From contig MU058584.1 of the NCBI GenBank assembly GCA_013265495.1, forward strand, positions 5,856,407-5,920,406: DNA of 64,000 nucleotides, in the 5' to 3' direction. This DNA comes from Vicugna vicugna. Taxonomy: Eukaryota. A program made the translations under genes and the position numbers. The notes under the pieces are model-generated. The model was not told the origin of the DNA. It saw only the letters and a list, made by a program, of their open reading frames with translations, and made no database searches. Below, piece by piece: positions 38,670-52,340 of this stretch (the first letter of the stretch is position 1; each line of letters opens with the position of its first letter).

Positions 38670-39240
38670 ACAGGAATACTATGCAGCCATTAAAAGAGAA
38701 AGAAAATCCTGCTATTGAGACAATGTAGATAAACCATGAAGGCATTATGCTAAGTGAAATAAGTCAGGCATAGAGAGACAAATACTGTATGATCTCACCT
38801 ATATGAGGAATCTTAAAAAAAACTCTCATAGAAAAAGAGATCAGATTTGTGGTTATTAGAGGCAGAGAGGGGATAGGGGATGGGAAAATTGGATCAAGGT
38901 GATCAAAAGGTACAAACTTCCAGTTTATACTTGGAAGATAAGATAAAGAATTACTAGGGATGTAACGTACAGTATGATGACTACAGTTAACACTGCCATG
39001 TGGGATATTTAAAAGTTGCTAAGAAAGCAAACCCTAAGAATTCTCACCACAAGCACAAAAAACCATGTTTCTTCCCCCCCCCCTTTTTTTTTGTATTTAC
39101 ATGAGATGATGGATGTTAACTAAACTTGTGGTTATCATTCTTTACTGTATGGAAGTCAAGTCGTTATGCTGTACGCCTAAACTAACAGTGCTGACTGTGC
39201 TGTATGTCAGTTACATCTCAATAAAACTGAAAGAAAAAAT
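38610..39240 (+). mobile_element. L1MA/MB-like 3' end with an internal (CA)n microsatellite (38636-38671)
   Basis: gatggataaataaaatgtggtac(ac)n...gcattatgctaagtgaaataagtcagg...catctcaataaaactg. Confidence 0.88.
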
Positions 39241-42200
39241 AATATTTAATAAAAGAGAGAGTGAGAGAAGGAAGCCCAGGTAGTCATAATGGGGTAAGTA
39301 ACCTTGATAATGAAAGATTGCTTTAGAAGGAATAGTTAAAGCCGTGTCCTAGAGACAGGGTGGAGATAGTAGTTTTGGCTAAATTAAGGAGAGGCTTGAA
39401 TGAGGACTAAGAGGTTTGAACTTTACTCTTGAGATAATAAAGTTTCTGAAAACTTTTGGGTAAAGGACTGATGTAATAAAACAATGACCATTTTCTCGGT
39501 CCAGAAGTGTGTTAGGTGTAGACCACCCTCAGAATAATCGGTGCTACCAATGTCAATCCTTCTCAGAATTTCCCCTGGAAAATCTTCTTCAGTGACCCCA
39601 GTTTTACCACTTTATGAAGACACTGTTTTCCTCATATACATGGCCCTTATGGTCCTGGGGTAATGGAAGACAGAGACAGGTAATGTTGGCAGAGTTTTAG
39701 GAGATTATGCAGAACTCCTAGTGTGCCTTATGACATGAGAGATAAATCAAGAATTAATTTCTTTCTCATGTTTTAGTATGAAAAAGGCTGATAGAAATGC
39801 ACGGTCTTATATTTTCTCCCTTTCTTCATTATAATGAGGGTATAATCTTATACACCCACTTTGGAGACCACAGTCTTTGAAAATGGGAAGCTATTAAAGA
39901 TTTGAATGAGGGAAGAGATGAGAAGTAATGAAATTCGTGTGCTATGAAAACTATCACCTGGTGGTATGGGTTGAATAGGTTAGCATTGAACAAATTAGCA
40001 TTTTATTGACGAGAAAACAATTAGAGAGATCTTAGAAATTTGATGAAGGGCAGGCTCACAGGTACTAAGGGCAAGTGTCGGGTCTAGGACTCCGGTCCGT
40101 CTGGCTTCTATTCCAGTGACCTGTCCACCACGCCCTGCTGCCTGCTGCTTCCTTGGATGCATAACTGTGCTCTGCGCTGCTGGCTCTGAGATGTCCTTTG
40201 TGATTAAGAAATGACAGAAAGTCCCAACACTCTAGTGTGAAAATGCCCACAAGAAATATTCAGGCCTATAAAGTTTTTATTGCTTTTCCTGAGAATTGTA
40301 TAGACATAGCAACCCACATAGTCAGCCATGCTAAAATAAGAACACAGCCTGAGCGTTAAGATTCTCTTCAAATACGCCACAGCCACTTCCTTACGAGAAA
40401 TGGACACGCGTCACGGACTGATCGTTATGTGTGATAACTGAAATCCAAGGGTTTGTGCTCAGAGCTCTGTTATTGGCTTAACAGATAGAAAGGGCGGCAT
40501 TTTCCTCGAATTTTGGGTGTAGGTTTTCCAAAGACTGAACTCACTCTTTAAAATATTTTTCCTCAAGAACGCAATTTAAAACTAAAAACTGTATTAGATT
40601 ATTTTAAAAGAATGCTAAGTTTTTGAAGTGTCCATAGAACGTGTGATTTAGATTGGTAAAATGAAGTTCTGAAGAAATTTAATTGATGGCAAATTTTAAC
40701 AGGAAACACACTGAATTTGGAAGTTTTAACCAGTCTCCATGAGCCAGCTCCACATTTGGCTGAGGTCATATAGCTCCATGATTTGGAGCTTTGCTTCTTA
40801 TGGTGGCTCCCAGGGTCAAGAAGCAGCAGCACCTGAGCTTGTTAGAAATGCAGAATCTCCTCCGACCCCAGCACCTAGAAATGTGCTAGCCAGATAGTAG
40901 GTGTTCTGTAAGCATCCAGTGAGTTAATGAATTAACATACTCACAGGGTTCAGTGCTTTTTCACTGTCTAGCCCTTCTGCCCGTTAGCACCCAGCTCTCT
41001 GCCCTCCCAGCCCCACTCCTCTAGCAATCTGATAAAAATTTACTTACATTAGAGTCTGAAATCAAATGTTATCTCTTCTGAGAAGTCCTCCTTCACTGGC
41101 CCAAAGGAATTTCTCCTCTTTGTTAGCAGTGGCTCAGCGTTGACTGCCATTATTGCCATTCTGTTGCATTTTAATTGTTTGTGTATTTATGTAAGGAAGC
41201 TAGTAATTTCCTCTAATAAAATAAACTCTCTAGCTTTTACAATTGGCAATGAGGAGACTCTAATTAAGAAGAGGGGTGGTATTCACCCAACATTCCCCTT
41301 ATGAGATCTGGGCTACTCATCGTTAGCCTGTGGTCCCACATATCTTGCGTCCACTTGACAGAGGCTATTTGTCCCTTCAAGACTGTCTCAGTTCTTGAAG
41401 TTAAGAGTAAAAAAAAAAAAAAGAAAAGCAAGATTTCCCTGTGACCAATCTTCCAAATTCTGTTTCTGTCTGAAAAGTTACCAAGTCACCATCAGCTGAT
41501 GGACACTGGGAAATATCCACCCTTATACATCCCATTACAGGCTTACAGTCTTTCTGTAGCTTAGGAGGGCAACCCTATCAGAAACCAACACAGTATGTGT
41601 GACATTTGCATGGAAGATTCACTAGTTGTGTTATAATTTCCACCTTAGATTGGAAGCTCCCTAAAAACACAGAATATACCATTTCATTTTTATATCCCAC
41701 GGTCAAGTTCAGTGTCTGACATACAATAGGAAGAGTGAATCTTGCGTGTGGGTTTCCTAAAAGACTGAACTTGGAAGTTAATATTTATTGATTGATTTTT
41801 TTTTCCGATTGTGATTTAGTCCACCAAATGATAAGGTGAAGGATAATGCTCCAGGATTGGTATACATGGCTGACCTTGTAAGTATCATCCAAATCGGCAC
41901 AGTTTTTGGAATGCTAGAATGTTAAACCAGATAGGACACTGTGACAACAAGTAAACCTGGGGCTGCCTCAGGTAAACTGGGATGTATGGTCATTCTAGGT
42001 TTAAAGCTCAGCAGTGTTGCCCCATAGACCAAATCTCCAACCGGGATGAAGCTACAGCAAGGTCACTTGGGCTGTTATCAGTGCTTCTCCCTGGCCTCTT
42101 AACCTTAGTCACATACCTCTGTTCCTTCATTGTTGTCTCCGCTGTGAGTCATAAGCAATCCCACCTCTGGTCACCAAACTATTGTGCAAATTCCAGGATA

Positions 42201-42939
42201 TCTCTTGACTCTCTGATTGGTCATTTTCCTTGGGTGTCGCCATCTTACCTTTCCCAAAATTCTTTCTGGTGCTCTAAATTTTAGTTCATAATGTTCCATA
42301 TATGTCTCATTCCTCATTTCTTTCCTTTCCCTCCTACCTTCCTGGATTTGTTTGTTTGTATGTTTATTTTGTTTCGCTTTAATACATCTCCCTTCTTCTG
42401 AGGCCCAAGTCCTATCCTTTATGTATTGCTCTGGTTCCTGTAGTTAATCTCTCACCCTTTCTAACTTAAATCTGACCAAGTCTCTTGATTAAGAAAGGAA
42501 GTGCCCAAGTGACAGTAAAGGGGGCACATAGAAGTCAAGTATACCTAGGGCTTGTCTACTCATCACACCGCTTCCATAAGGATTCAGGGGAAATGGGGTG
42601 CAACCAGAAGTGTGTTCAGTTACCAAACAGCACAAAACAAACTTTTCTTATAAGTATTACCTGTGTTTAACAGAAATTATTAAAGATGGAAATTATCTTT
42701 TCGACATACGGTAAGTACTTGATGAATTCTTGTTGGAATGAGAATGCATTTGGACTTAAAAGTAGAGCAGAATTCTGTTTGATTTGCAAGGATTGGAAAA
42801 AATTAAACCTGAAGGGAATGGCACCTGGAAGTGGCTCCTAGGAGGAGCTCAATTCTTCCTTTTACTGTAAGACTCCTGAGAGGTAAAAACTTTACGTGCA
42901 TGTTTATATATGACTAAACAGTGGGCCCATCCAGATGTC

Positions 42940-44030
42940 TTTTTTTTTCACATTTTTTATTGAGTTATAGTCATTTTACAATGTTGTGTCAAATTCCAGT
43001 ATAGAGCACAATTTTTTAGTTATACATGAACATACATATATTCATTGTCACATTTTTTCCCACTGTGAGCTACCACAAGATCTTGTATGTATTTCCCTGT
43101 GCTATACAGTATAATCTTGTTTATCTATTCTGCATATGCCTGTCAGTATCTACAAATTTTGAAATCCCAGTCTGTCCCTTCCAACCGCCCAACCCCTTGG
43201 CAACCACAAGTTTGTATTCTATGTCTATGAGTCTGTTTCTGTTTTGTATTTATGTTCTTTTTCTTTTTTTTAGATTCCATATATGAGTGATCTCATATGG
43301 TGTTTTCCTTTCTCTTTCTGGCTTATTTCACTTAGAATGACATTCTCCAGGGACATGCATGTTGCTGCAAATGGCGTTATGTTGTCATTTTTATGGCTGA
43401 ATAGTATTTCATTGTATAAATATACCACTTCTCTATCCAGTCATCTGTTGATGGACATTTAGGCCGTTTCCATGTCTTGGCTATTGTAACTAGTGCTACT
43501 ATGAACATTGGGGTGCAAGTGTCTTTTTGAAGTAGGATTCCTTCTGGATATATGCCCAGGAGTGAGATTCCTGGGTCATATGGTAAGTCTATTCCTAGTC
43601 TTTTGCAAAATCTCCATACTATTTTCCACAGTGGCTGCACCAAACTGCATTCCCACCAGCAGTGTAGGAGGGTTCCCTTTTCTCCACAGCCTCTCCAGCA
43701 TTTGTCATTTGTGGACTTTTGAATGATGGCCATTCTGACTGATGTGAGGTGATACCTCATTGTAGTTTTGATTTGCATTTCTCTGATAATTAGTGATATT
43801 GAGCATTTTTTCATGTGCCTATTGATCATTTGTATGTCTTCCTTGGAGAATTGCTTGTTTAGGTCTTCTGCCCATTTTTGGATTGGGTTGTTTGTTTTTT
43901 TCTTATTAAATCGTGTGAGCTGCTTAAATATTCTGGAGATCAAGCCTTTGCCAGTTTCATCATTTGCAAAAATTTTCTTCCATTCTGTAGGTTGTCATTT
44001 TGTTTTACTTATGGTTTCCTTTGCGGTGTC
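42940..44030 (-). mobile_element. Young 5'-truncated L1 with open ORF2 C-terminus (188 aa) and TSD
   Basis: ORF 43377..43943 has [10 protein letters not shown]...[21 protein letters not shown] agatgtcttttt at 42933 and 44032. Confidence 0.95.
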
Positions 44031-44040
44031 AAGATGTCTT

Positions 44041-44513
44041 TTTTAATTGAAGTATAATTGACATACATTATATTAGTTTCAGGTGTGACTCGATACTAGT
44101 ATACATTGTGAAATGATCACCACAATAAGTCCAGTTACCATCTGTCACCACACAGTTACAAAAAGTTTTTCTTGCAATGAGAACATATAAGATTTACTTT
44201 CTTAGCAACTTTCAAATTTGAAATGCAGTATTATTGGCTATAGTCCCCATGCTGTACATTACCTCCCCACAACTTATTTATTTTGTAACTGGAAGTTTGT
44301 ACCTCTTAATCTGCTTCGCGCATTTCACCCACCCGCCAACCCCCTTCCCCTCTGGCAACCACCAATCTGTCCTCTGCACCTCTGAGTTTTGTTTTGTTTG
44401 TTTATTTGTCTTGTTTTTTTTAAGCAATGAACTCTTGGGAAGAGAAATTAAGAAAACAATCCCATTTACAGTTGCATCAGAAAGAATAAAATACTTAGGA
44501 ATGAATTTAGCCA
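44041..44513 (-). mobile_element. Older L1 3' end with an inverted ORF2 segment (~44424-44513, plus orientation)
   Basis: Antisense 3' UTR followed by sense EIKKTIPFTVASERIKYLGMNLAK. Confidence 0.85.
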
Positions 44514-47500
44514 AGATGCCTCTTTAGACCAATTATGGGTAGAGTAATTTACATTCAGGCTCTGACATTTGGCTGTGTCTTTTATTTTTTAAGGAATTAG
44601 GTAAAATGTTTATATGATGATAATAGAATTTAGGAAACTAAAATTACCAGAGATATAAAAATGTCTAATGATTTTGACTCTAGGGTTATTTCTCTTTATG
44701 CCAAATGGCAGGACTATAGGAGACAGGACAGAAGAGTTTCTGAAGTATTTGGGGGGAAGTTTACAGAATAAGATCTTTTTCCTACTCTGGGAAAATGAGA
44801 ACTATTTAAAATACATTAAAGATTAAAATCTTTAGTGTTTCAGATAAAAGCTTGAACACATTTCTTGTTAAAGGTACTAAAATTTCAGAGTGTTAGAAAC
44901 GTGTGCTGGTCTTCCTAGAAAATGTTTCTCTGAGGTATCTTCCTTAGAAGAGAGAACCTTTGGGGTTCTTATTGTAAAAATCTTGGAGAAGCTTGAAAAC
45001 AGCAAAGCAAACAGGAAACAGAGTTTAATTTGTGGAAAGTTCAGGGAAGAAAAGCAAATCACTGAAAACGTAGCTCCCTCTGAAGATTCTTTAATCGCAG
45101 AGGGCGAGAAAGCGATGGCAATAAAAAAAGCTGGCATAGAAACTGGTTAATGAGAATGTGGCGTGCCAGTGACCCACTGGTGCGTTTTGAGTTTCTAGGC
45201 TTTATTCTACCTTTTCACACAAAGTCTCCTCTAAAAAAATGCCCCCCACCACCCCAAACACTATTTTTCATGCTATTTAGAACAAGTTCAGAATCAAGTG
45301 TATAGAGATTCACCAGAAATAATTCAGCCTGGAAGAGCAGAGATCTAGAAGAGTTTTGAGTTCTAGGACATTTTAGACATACATAAAGAATGTGGTCAAG
45401 CCTTGACCTTTCCTACCTCAGATTTCCATGAACAGAATGAGGACAATAAATGTTTCCATTTGTTTCTTTGACTTAATCATTTTCTCAGGATGGGTGGGTC
45501 TGTGGCCAGCGCGTGCTGAGGCGTTGACTTCCCAGTAGGCGCAGATCTGAAAGATGGCTGGGTTGGTTGAATGATTGTTGTTCATCATATTGGGACCAGG
45601 GGTTGAAACTCACTGGTGAGGACCCGTTGGAGATTTCAGAGTAGGCTGGGGAAATTGCTGGAGCTACTACACACATGCCATGTGGCTAACTGGGTATGTC
45701 GGGAGGCTTACAGGATTGTGCTGCTGCGGTCCAGCTGGGACAGATAAAGAACCTCTAAGACTGGGATTAGGGGCAGGTCTTGGTAGCCATCTGCCCTCAG
45801 CACGCGTGTTGATAACCTTCGCCGCAGTGTCCAGAGTGAAGAGGAAGGTCACCGGGAATACTCATCTCTGTGACTCATCCCCCAGTTCAGCTGTTGCCTT
45901 TGCGTCCACCTGCTGCACGTGAGATCTCTAAGACCTTATTCCACCTCACCCTGCTGCTTGCCCCCGACAGAGAGGCTGTAAATCACCTTGAGAAAAAACG
46001 AAGGGTCCCTGACAGCCCCCACTTTCTGTATTCTGTGGGGGGGGGGTCTGGTTCTTGTGCGGTTCATCAGTTTATTGCCTATTTTCCAATATCTTATGAG
46101 TCAGGAGTTGTGGAAGTTTGTAGGACGAAAGTAGAGGGCTACTAGGAAGAGCTGAGGGGACAAATGGAGCTGAAACGGCCCCGTTCTACCTGCTCCATTG
46201 TGTTCTCTAACATGGGGCTGAATCTGACTGGAGGAAAGTGTCTTTTTCTTTGCACAAAGGCACTACACAGCCCAGCAGCAGCATGGCTGGGGCACTTGGA
46301 GTTCCATGAGACTGGGTGCATCTGATTCTGTGGCAAAGGCTTCAGATATATATTGCCAGAGGCAAGACTTCACAGTAACTTCTTTCCATCCTGTTAGTCT
46401 ATAAGCAGTGGAAAAATGTAACTACAGCATCCCCTTTGTTACATTTTTAAAGGTCGTAACTATTGGCCACCTATTCCATTCTGTGACGGTTAAAACGCCC
46501 CACAGTCTATAGCAATACTTGGGTTACCAAGCTGTTTTGTTATTATTGTAATTTTTATGGTTTCTTTCAAATAGAGTATGAATCCTTCTCCTGAAAAATC
46601 ACTTCCCTTTGACAAACTTCCTGTATAGATGATGCATCTACTTTTAAGGGTTATCTGAGTTCACTTTTAATTCCTTAAGGAAACAGCAAACGGAATTGTG
46701 AGAGGCTATCTAGTGGTGATAAATATAATGTGGCTTCCCCCAACCATCCTCGTTGACTCGAAGCTGCATCCTTGGGCTGCACTAAAGAATTCCTTTATGG
46801 TACAGAGAACCTTCTCTGCTGGGCTGCACCCAAATTATGATGGTGATTTTGAATGTGCACTTTTCCCTTGGGAGAGGAGGGTGTGTAGAGGGAGAGAATA
46901 GGGGTTGGCGCTAGGCAATGAAAGATCTGAAATCTACTTTTTCTCCAAGTTCTGAACTGGAATTTGTAAACTGTAAAGTCACAAACCCAATTTTTAACAA
47001 AAGTAAATAAGGCTTCCTGTTTGATAAAACAGGATGCCCAAAATATTAAGAGAATTCATGTACATATTAATTTCCATGTATACATAGGAACCATGTGGAA
47101 GGAACCATGATAGATACTCAATATTATTTTTGTTAAGAACTCTGTTAGGGAGATACTCTTATAAACCCTGTTTTCCAGATGAGGAAACTGAATTTTATCC
47201 CACGTATTGGACTCCAAAGCTCATTGTCTTGTCATATATGCTTCTTCAAATGATTAAACTATTTACATGAGAAGGTGTACTGTGTATCTTTCTCCTGGAT
47301 TTTTATCCATGATTTTATTACAAGTCTCTTTTGCTGCCAGCTATCTTGGGAAGCTGTGTCCCTGTTGGGCTGTCTGCTACCTCCAGAATCATCTTTAATG
47401 CCCAGGATTATCTAGGTCCCAGGACTGGGCTTGTTTTGATTCCCTCCCTCTGGGCTGAAATTGTGCCCTGAGCTCCTGGTCAGGACCTGTCTCTTCTGCT

Positions 47501-47848
47501 CCTGGATAGACCTCCTGGATAACACCTTTTTGGATGTCTAATTCATCTTGGAGAATTGAGAGATACCTATTTTTTTTCAAAATCATTAATACTGACTATT
47601 GTCATGGGACTCTATTCAATGCTTTGTACCTGCTCAGTTAGTCAAACCTGCTGTATGGGCCATTCTACCTTATCTAGTGGGTGGGTCTGGAGATGTAGCT
47701 ATGACATTTCCAGTAATAATATCCTAGGTACAAGCATCTGACTACTACATGTCTTCTCAGTACTACACCTGTGCTTTTACCTGATGGAATACAAAGTATC
47801 TGATTATAAATGACTTTCTTCATATTATAGCTTTATATATATATATAT

Positions 47849-47944
47849 NNNNNNNNNNNNNNNNNNNNNNNNNNNNNNNNNNNNNNNNNNNNNNNNNNNN
47901 NNNNNNNNNNNNNNNNNNNNNNNNNNNNNNNNNNNNNNNNNNNN
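47849..47944. other. Assembly gap (96 N) inside a (TA)n tract
   Basis: Run of n flanked by tatata on both sides. Confidence 0.99.
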
Positions 47945-48124
47945 ATATATATTATATATATATCATATACAGATTATGATATATATATACACATTAGGGA
48001 TTATGTATAATTCATATAATTTTTAATGATGTGTGTAAATAAGTTTCTTTAACTAGGACTTTCATTTCAGAATAATAAAGGTGCTAACAAATATTTGTGA
48101 TGAAAAACAGGCATTGTAAGATCA

Positions 48125-48445
48125 CTGGGGTGGTGAAAAGAGTACAGCTTTTTAGAAGATTTCAGTTTAGATTCTGGTTCTGAATGTGAGGAATATGATT
48201 GGGATCAAATTACTAACTTTCTTGAGTCTTGATTTCTTTATCTATGAAAAGGAGATAGTAATTATAACTTAATTCAGGGCTTTTATGACTATTAAATGTT
48301 AGTATATGTAAATGTCTTTTATCCTGCATATAGTAAATGCTGAAAACTGTCAGCTCTTTATGATCATTATTAAAATGGGGATGATATACACCTTATTAGG
48401 TTTTAAATATTAAGCAAAATACTATACAAAGTGCCTAGTTAACGA
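48125..48445 (+). mobile_element. MIR fragments
   Basis: gtggtgaaaagagtacagcttt...ttcttgagtcttgatttctttatctatgaaaagg...aaaatggggatgata. Confidence 0.6.
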
Positions 48446-49283
48446 ATGTCCAGTAAATATCACATTTCGTGGAATCCAAGTCATACAATTATTTCAGGTT
48501 CCTCCAAAAAAGAAAAAATATTGCCAGTTGCACAATAGTTATAGGTAAGGAGGCAGATCCCAATTTTATGTTAAGTGTGAACATTTCTGCACTAGAATCA
48601 AAAAACTTTTTCTCCCCTTCTCTTCCCTGTTTAAATAGTGAAGAGTCTATACTTTCCAGAATCTGGAATTCTCCATTTCCTATTCTTTTTCCTCCTACCA
48701 AGACCCTTGGGCCTCCTACTTACTTGGCTACAAGAACTGTAAGTTTTGTTTCACTTCTATACTCTCTATAATGACTGCCCTTTATTTTCTCCATCTCAGT
48801 GTGAATTCAACTGCTCAGCATTCTAATTATTATCATACAAGATAAATGAATATAAAAATAAAACAAAACAAAAACTTCTCCTTAGCTACCTAAGGCCTTC
48901 AATCCAATATTTGGGCTTGGTACCATTTAGGGAAGCATATGTATGCCTTTAGAACTGACAGCATGGTGATGGACCAGGCAATTCACGTGAACAGAAACTA
49001 ACAAAATCTGGGAAGAAATTCTAACTTGAGATAAAAAAACGGCAGATATTCCTGGGAACAAATTTATATGTCAAAGGTGGTGAGCAGAAAACTTTCTCAT
49101 AAAATGATTTTCTAGGAGTTCTTTTCAAATGCCCAGGGACATGATTTTCTCAATCTCAAGCACAATGTTGCTAATACAGCTGTTCCCCTACTTGGATAAA
49201 CAAAACTACACAAATATCATAATTTCAGAAAAAAATAGTAACAAAGCAGAAATCAAACATTCAAAACAAGGTTTTGGTTATTG

Positions 49284-49289
49284 TTTATT
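49284..49289 (-). terminator. METTL18: Likely METTL18 polyadenylation signal AATAAA, ~24 nt after the stop
   Basis: tttatt on the plus strand, with T/GT-rich sequence downstream on the minus strand. Confidence 0.65.
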
Positions 49290-49312
49290 TCACTTAGGAC
49301 ATTCATTAGACA

Positions 49313-50461
<1,149 letters not shown>

Positions 50462-51399
50462 TTAAACTCAAAGGAAGATTCTTCAACTTCTGGATAGAAT
50501 TGATAATGCACACATAAACCTGCTTCGATTATTCAGTTAGTTTTGTTGGAAGTCAATTTCTCTTTAGCTGCATATACACAGTTACAAATACTTAAAGATG
50601 TTTCCGAATGACTTTTTAGAGGCCTTTGCTCTTCTTTCAGTGTAGCTCTGAATAAAAAAACAGAAAATGGTTATTAAAAAGCAAAACGACACATTTCACT
50701 AAAATGTAATATTAAACAGTCCTCACCCTCCTACCACCAACGGCTGCCTTCTCTATAAAAGCTGTGGAGGGAGAGGGAGATAAAGATACTTGGAAATACA
50801 GACACCCTTCAGGGTTCAAAAGTTGGAGAAGGAAACGAACTTTTAAAAACAAGCAAACAAAACAACAACAGCAGCAACAACGAGAAATAACATCAAGTCC
50901 TAAATTATCAGGCAGGAGATGACAAGCCTCGCTACTCAGTGTCTTTCATCTGTTGTGACTCTGCCTAAACATATTTACCACCTAAACTGCCAGAATTCCT
51001 TCACTTCAGTCTGTCATTGTTTCAACTAAAATGACTTCAAGATTGGATTTTGGTAAATGAGTATCCCTTTAAAAACAGGCACCGTTCTGCTCTGGAGTGC
51101 GCAAATTCATTCAGGGCACCTCACTACAACATTTAGTGGAGACCAGCAGCCCTAAGTGTACGGGAGTCGGGTAACTTTGGAGTAACAAGTAAAGATTAAT
51201 TTGACACAACATAGAGGCACTGAACCGTTTGGAGAGGCCCCTAGAAAATGACATCAAATTTACCGAGATTCTTTGTATCCACGGTGCTAAATACTTAATA
51301 TAGACCACCTGCTTCAATTTGCACAGCAACTCTGGCAGGTGGGGTCTTTATCCCCATCACACGTGATGTACAAAGTAGGGCCAACACAGCTGAGTGGAA

Positions 51400-52340
51400 A
51401 GGAACGCACCTGTTTCTACCCTACCGTAACGCGGGGCTTGGAGTCATTTCCGGATGCAGATCCCAGATCAAACCCGACCTCAGATATGTAATCTCATCGG
51501 ACTGAGGGTAGCAAATCTGGGGACTTCCGGCTCTCACCTCCCCAGAGCGTCTCAAGGCGAAGCTGACAATGATCCAGACCTGGAGATGCTCACCGCTCCG
51601 CAGGTCCCCAGGTGACCGCGCGTCCTCAGCCAGCCAGACCTTCCAGACGGAAAGCGCGCACCAGCGAGTCGAGTCCTCCGCGGGCCAGACAAGCCTGGCT
51701 TTCTGCCCAGCAGCGTAGGGGCCCGGCTCACTGAGGAAAGCGGCCAGCTTCCTCTCTATGGTTTTGATGCGGGCGGGGAGCTCGCAAGGCCTGCCGGGAC
51801 TGTGGGAGTTTCCGGTCTTGGCCGTGGCGGGAGTGTTTGGAAGCTTTGCTCCTGGGCAAAAGCATGTCTCAGGAACGCGCGGTCCCAGCGAGCGCGGTTC
51901 CCCTGGAAGAAATAAGTAGCTGGCCGGAGGAGCTATGCCGCCGGGAGCTGCCGTCTGTCCTGCCTCGTCTCCTTATATCCTTCATAGTCGCTTCCACCTA
52001 GAGAGGTGTGTGGGGCGGGCCTCACCCTTTCTTCTGAGTCTCAACACACCCCCCGCCTCCGGGCCCTGTTGTGTTCCTGCGTCCTCAACCCTCTCCTGTC
52101 CGTTGATAAGCGAGGGAATGAGGGGAGAGCGAGAGAGCCGTGGGTGCCGAGACCCAAGGCGTGCCTGGCGTTGGCGTTGGCAGTGCTTGTAGAGGTGTTC
52201 TGCGCTGTGGTTTTGGCGGTGGATGTGGCGTTTTCTCAAATGCGAATATTTTTGCATGGGGAGAACGGGAGTTCGGGCAGGGACTCAGACTTGTGCTGCT
52301 CAGACTTGTGAGCCGACTCTGGATGAAGTAGAGAGCGGGA
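51400..52340. promoter_or_regulatory. CpG island / bidirectional promoter for METTL18 (-) and FIRRM (+)
   Basis: High GC and CpG density between head-to-head genes; ETS-type TTCCGG motifs near 51448, 51525 and 51810; candidate METTL18 exon 1 donors at 51537 and 51593. Confidence 0.88.

Noticed and set aside
43377..43943. 188-aa ORF
   Set aside because: C-terminal fragment of L1 ORF2p in a 5'-truncated element with no promoter; not a host gene.
47830..47990. AT-rich low-complexity stretch around the N run
   Set aside because: Unresolved (TA)n microsatellite at an assembly gap; nothing can be inferred about the missing bases.
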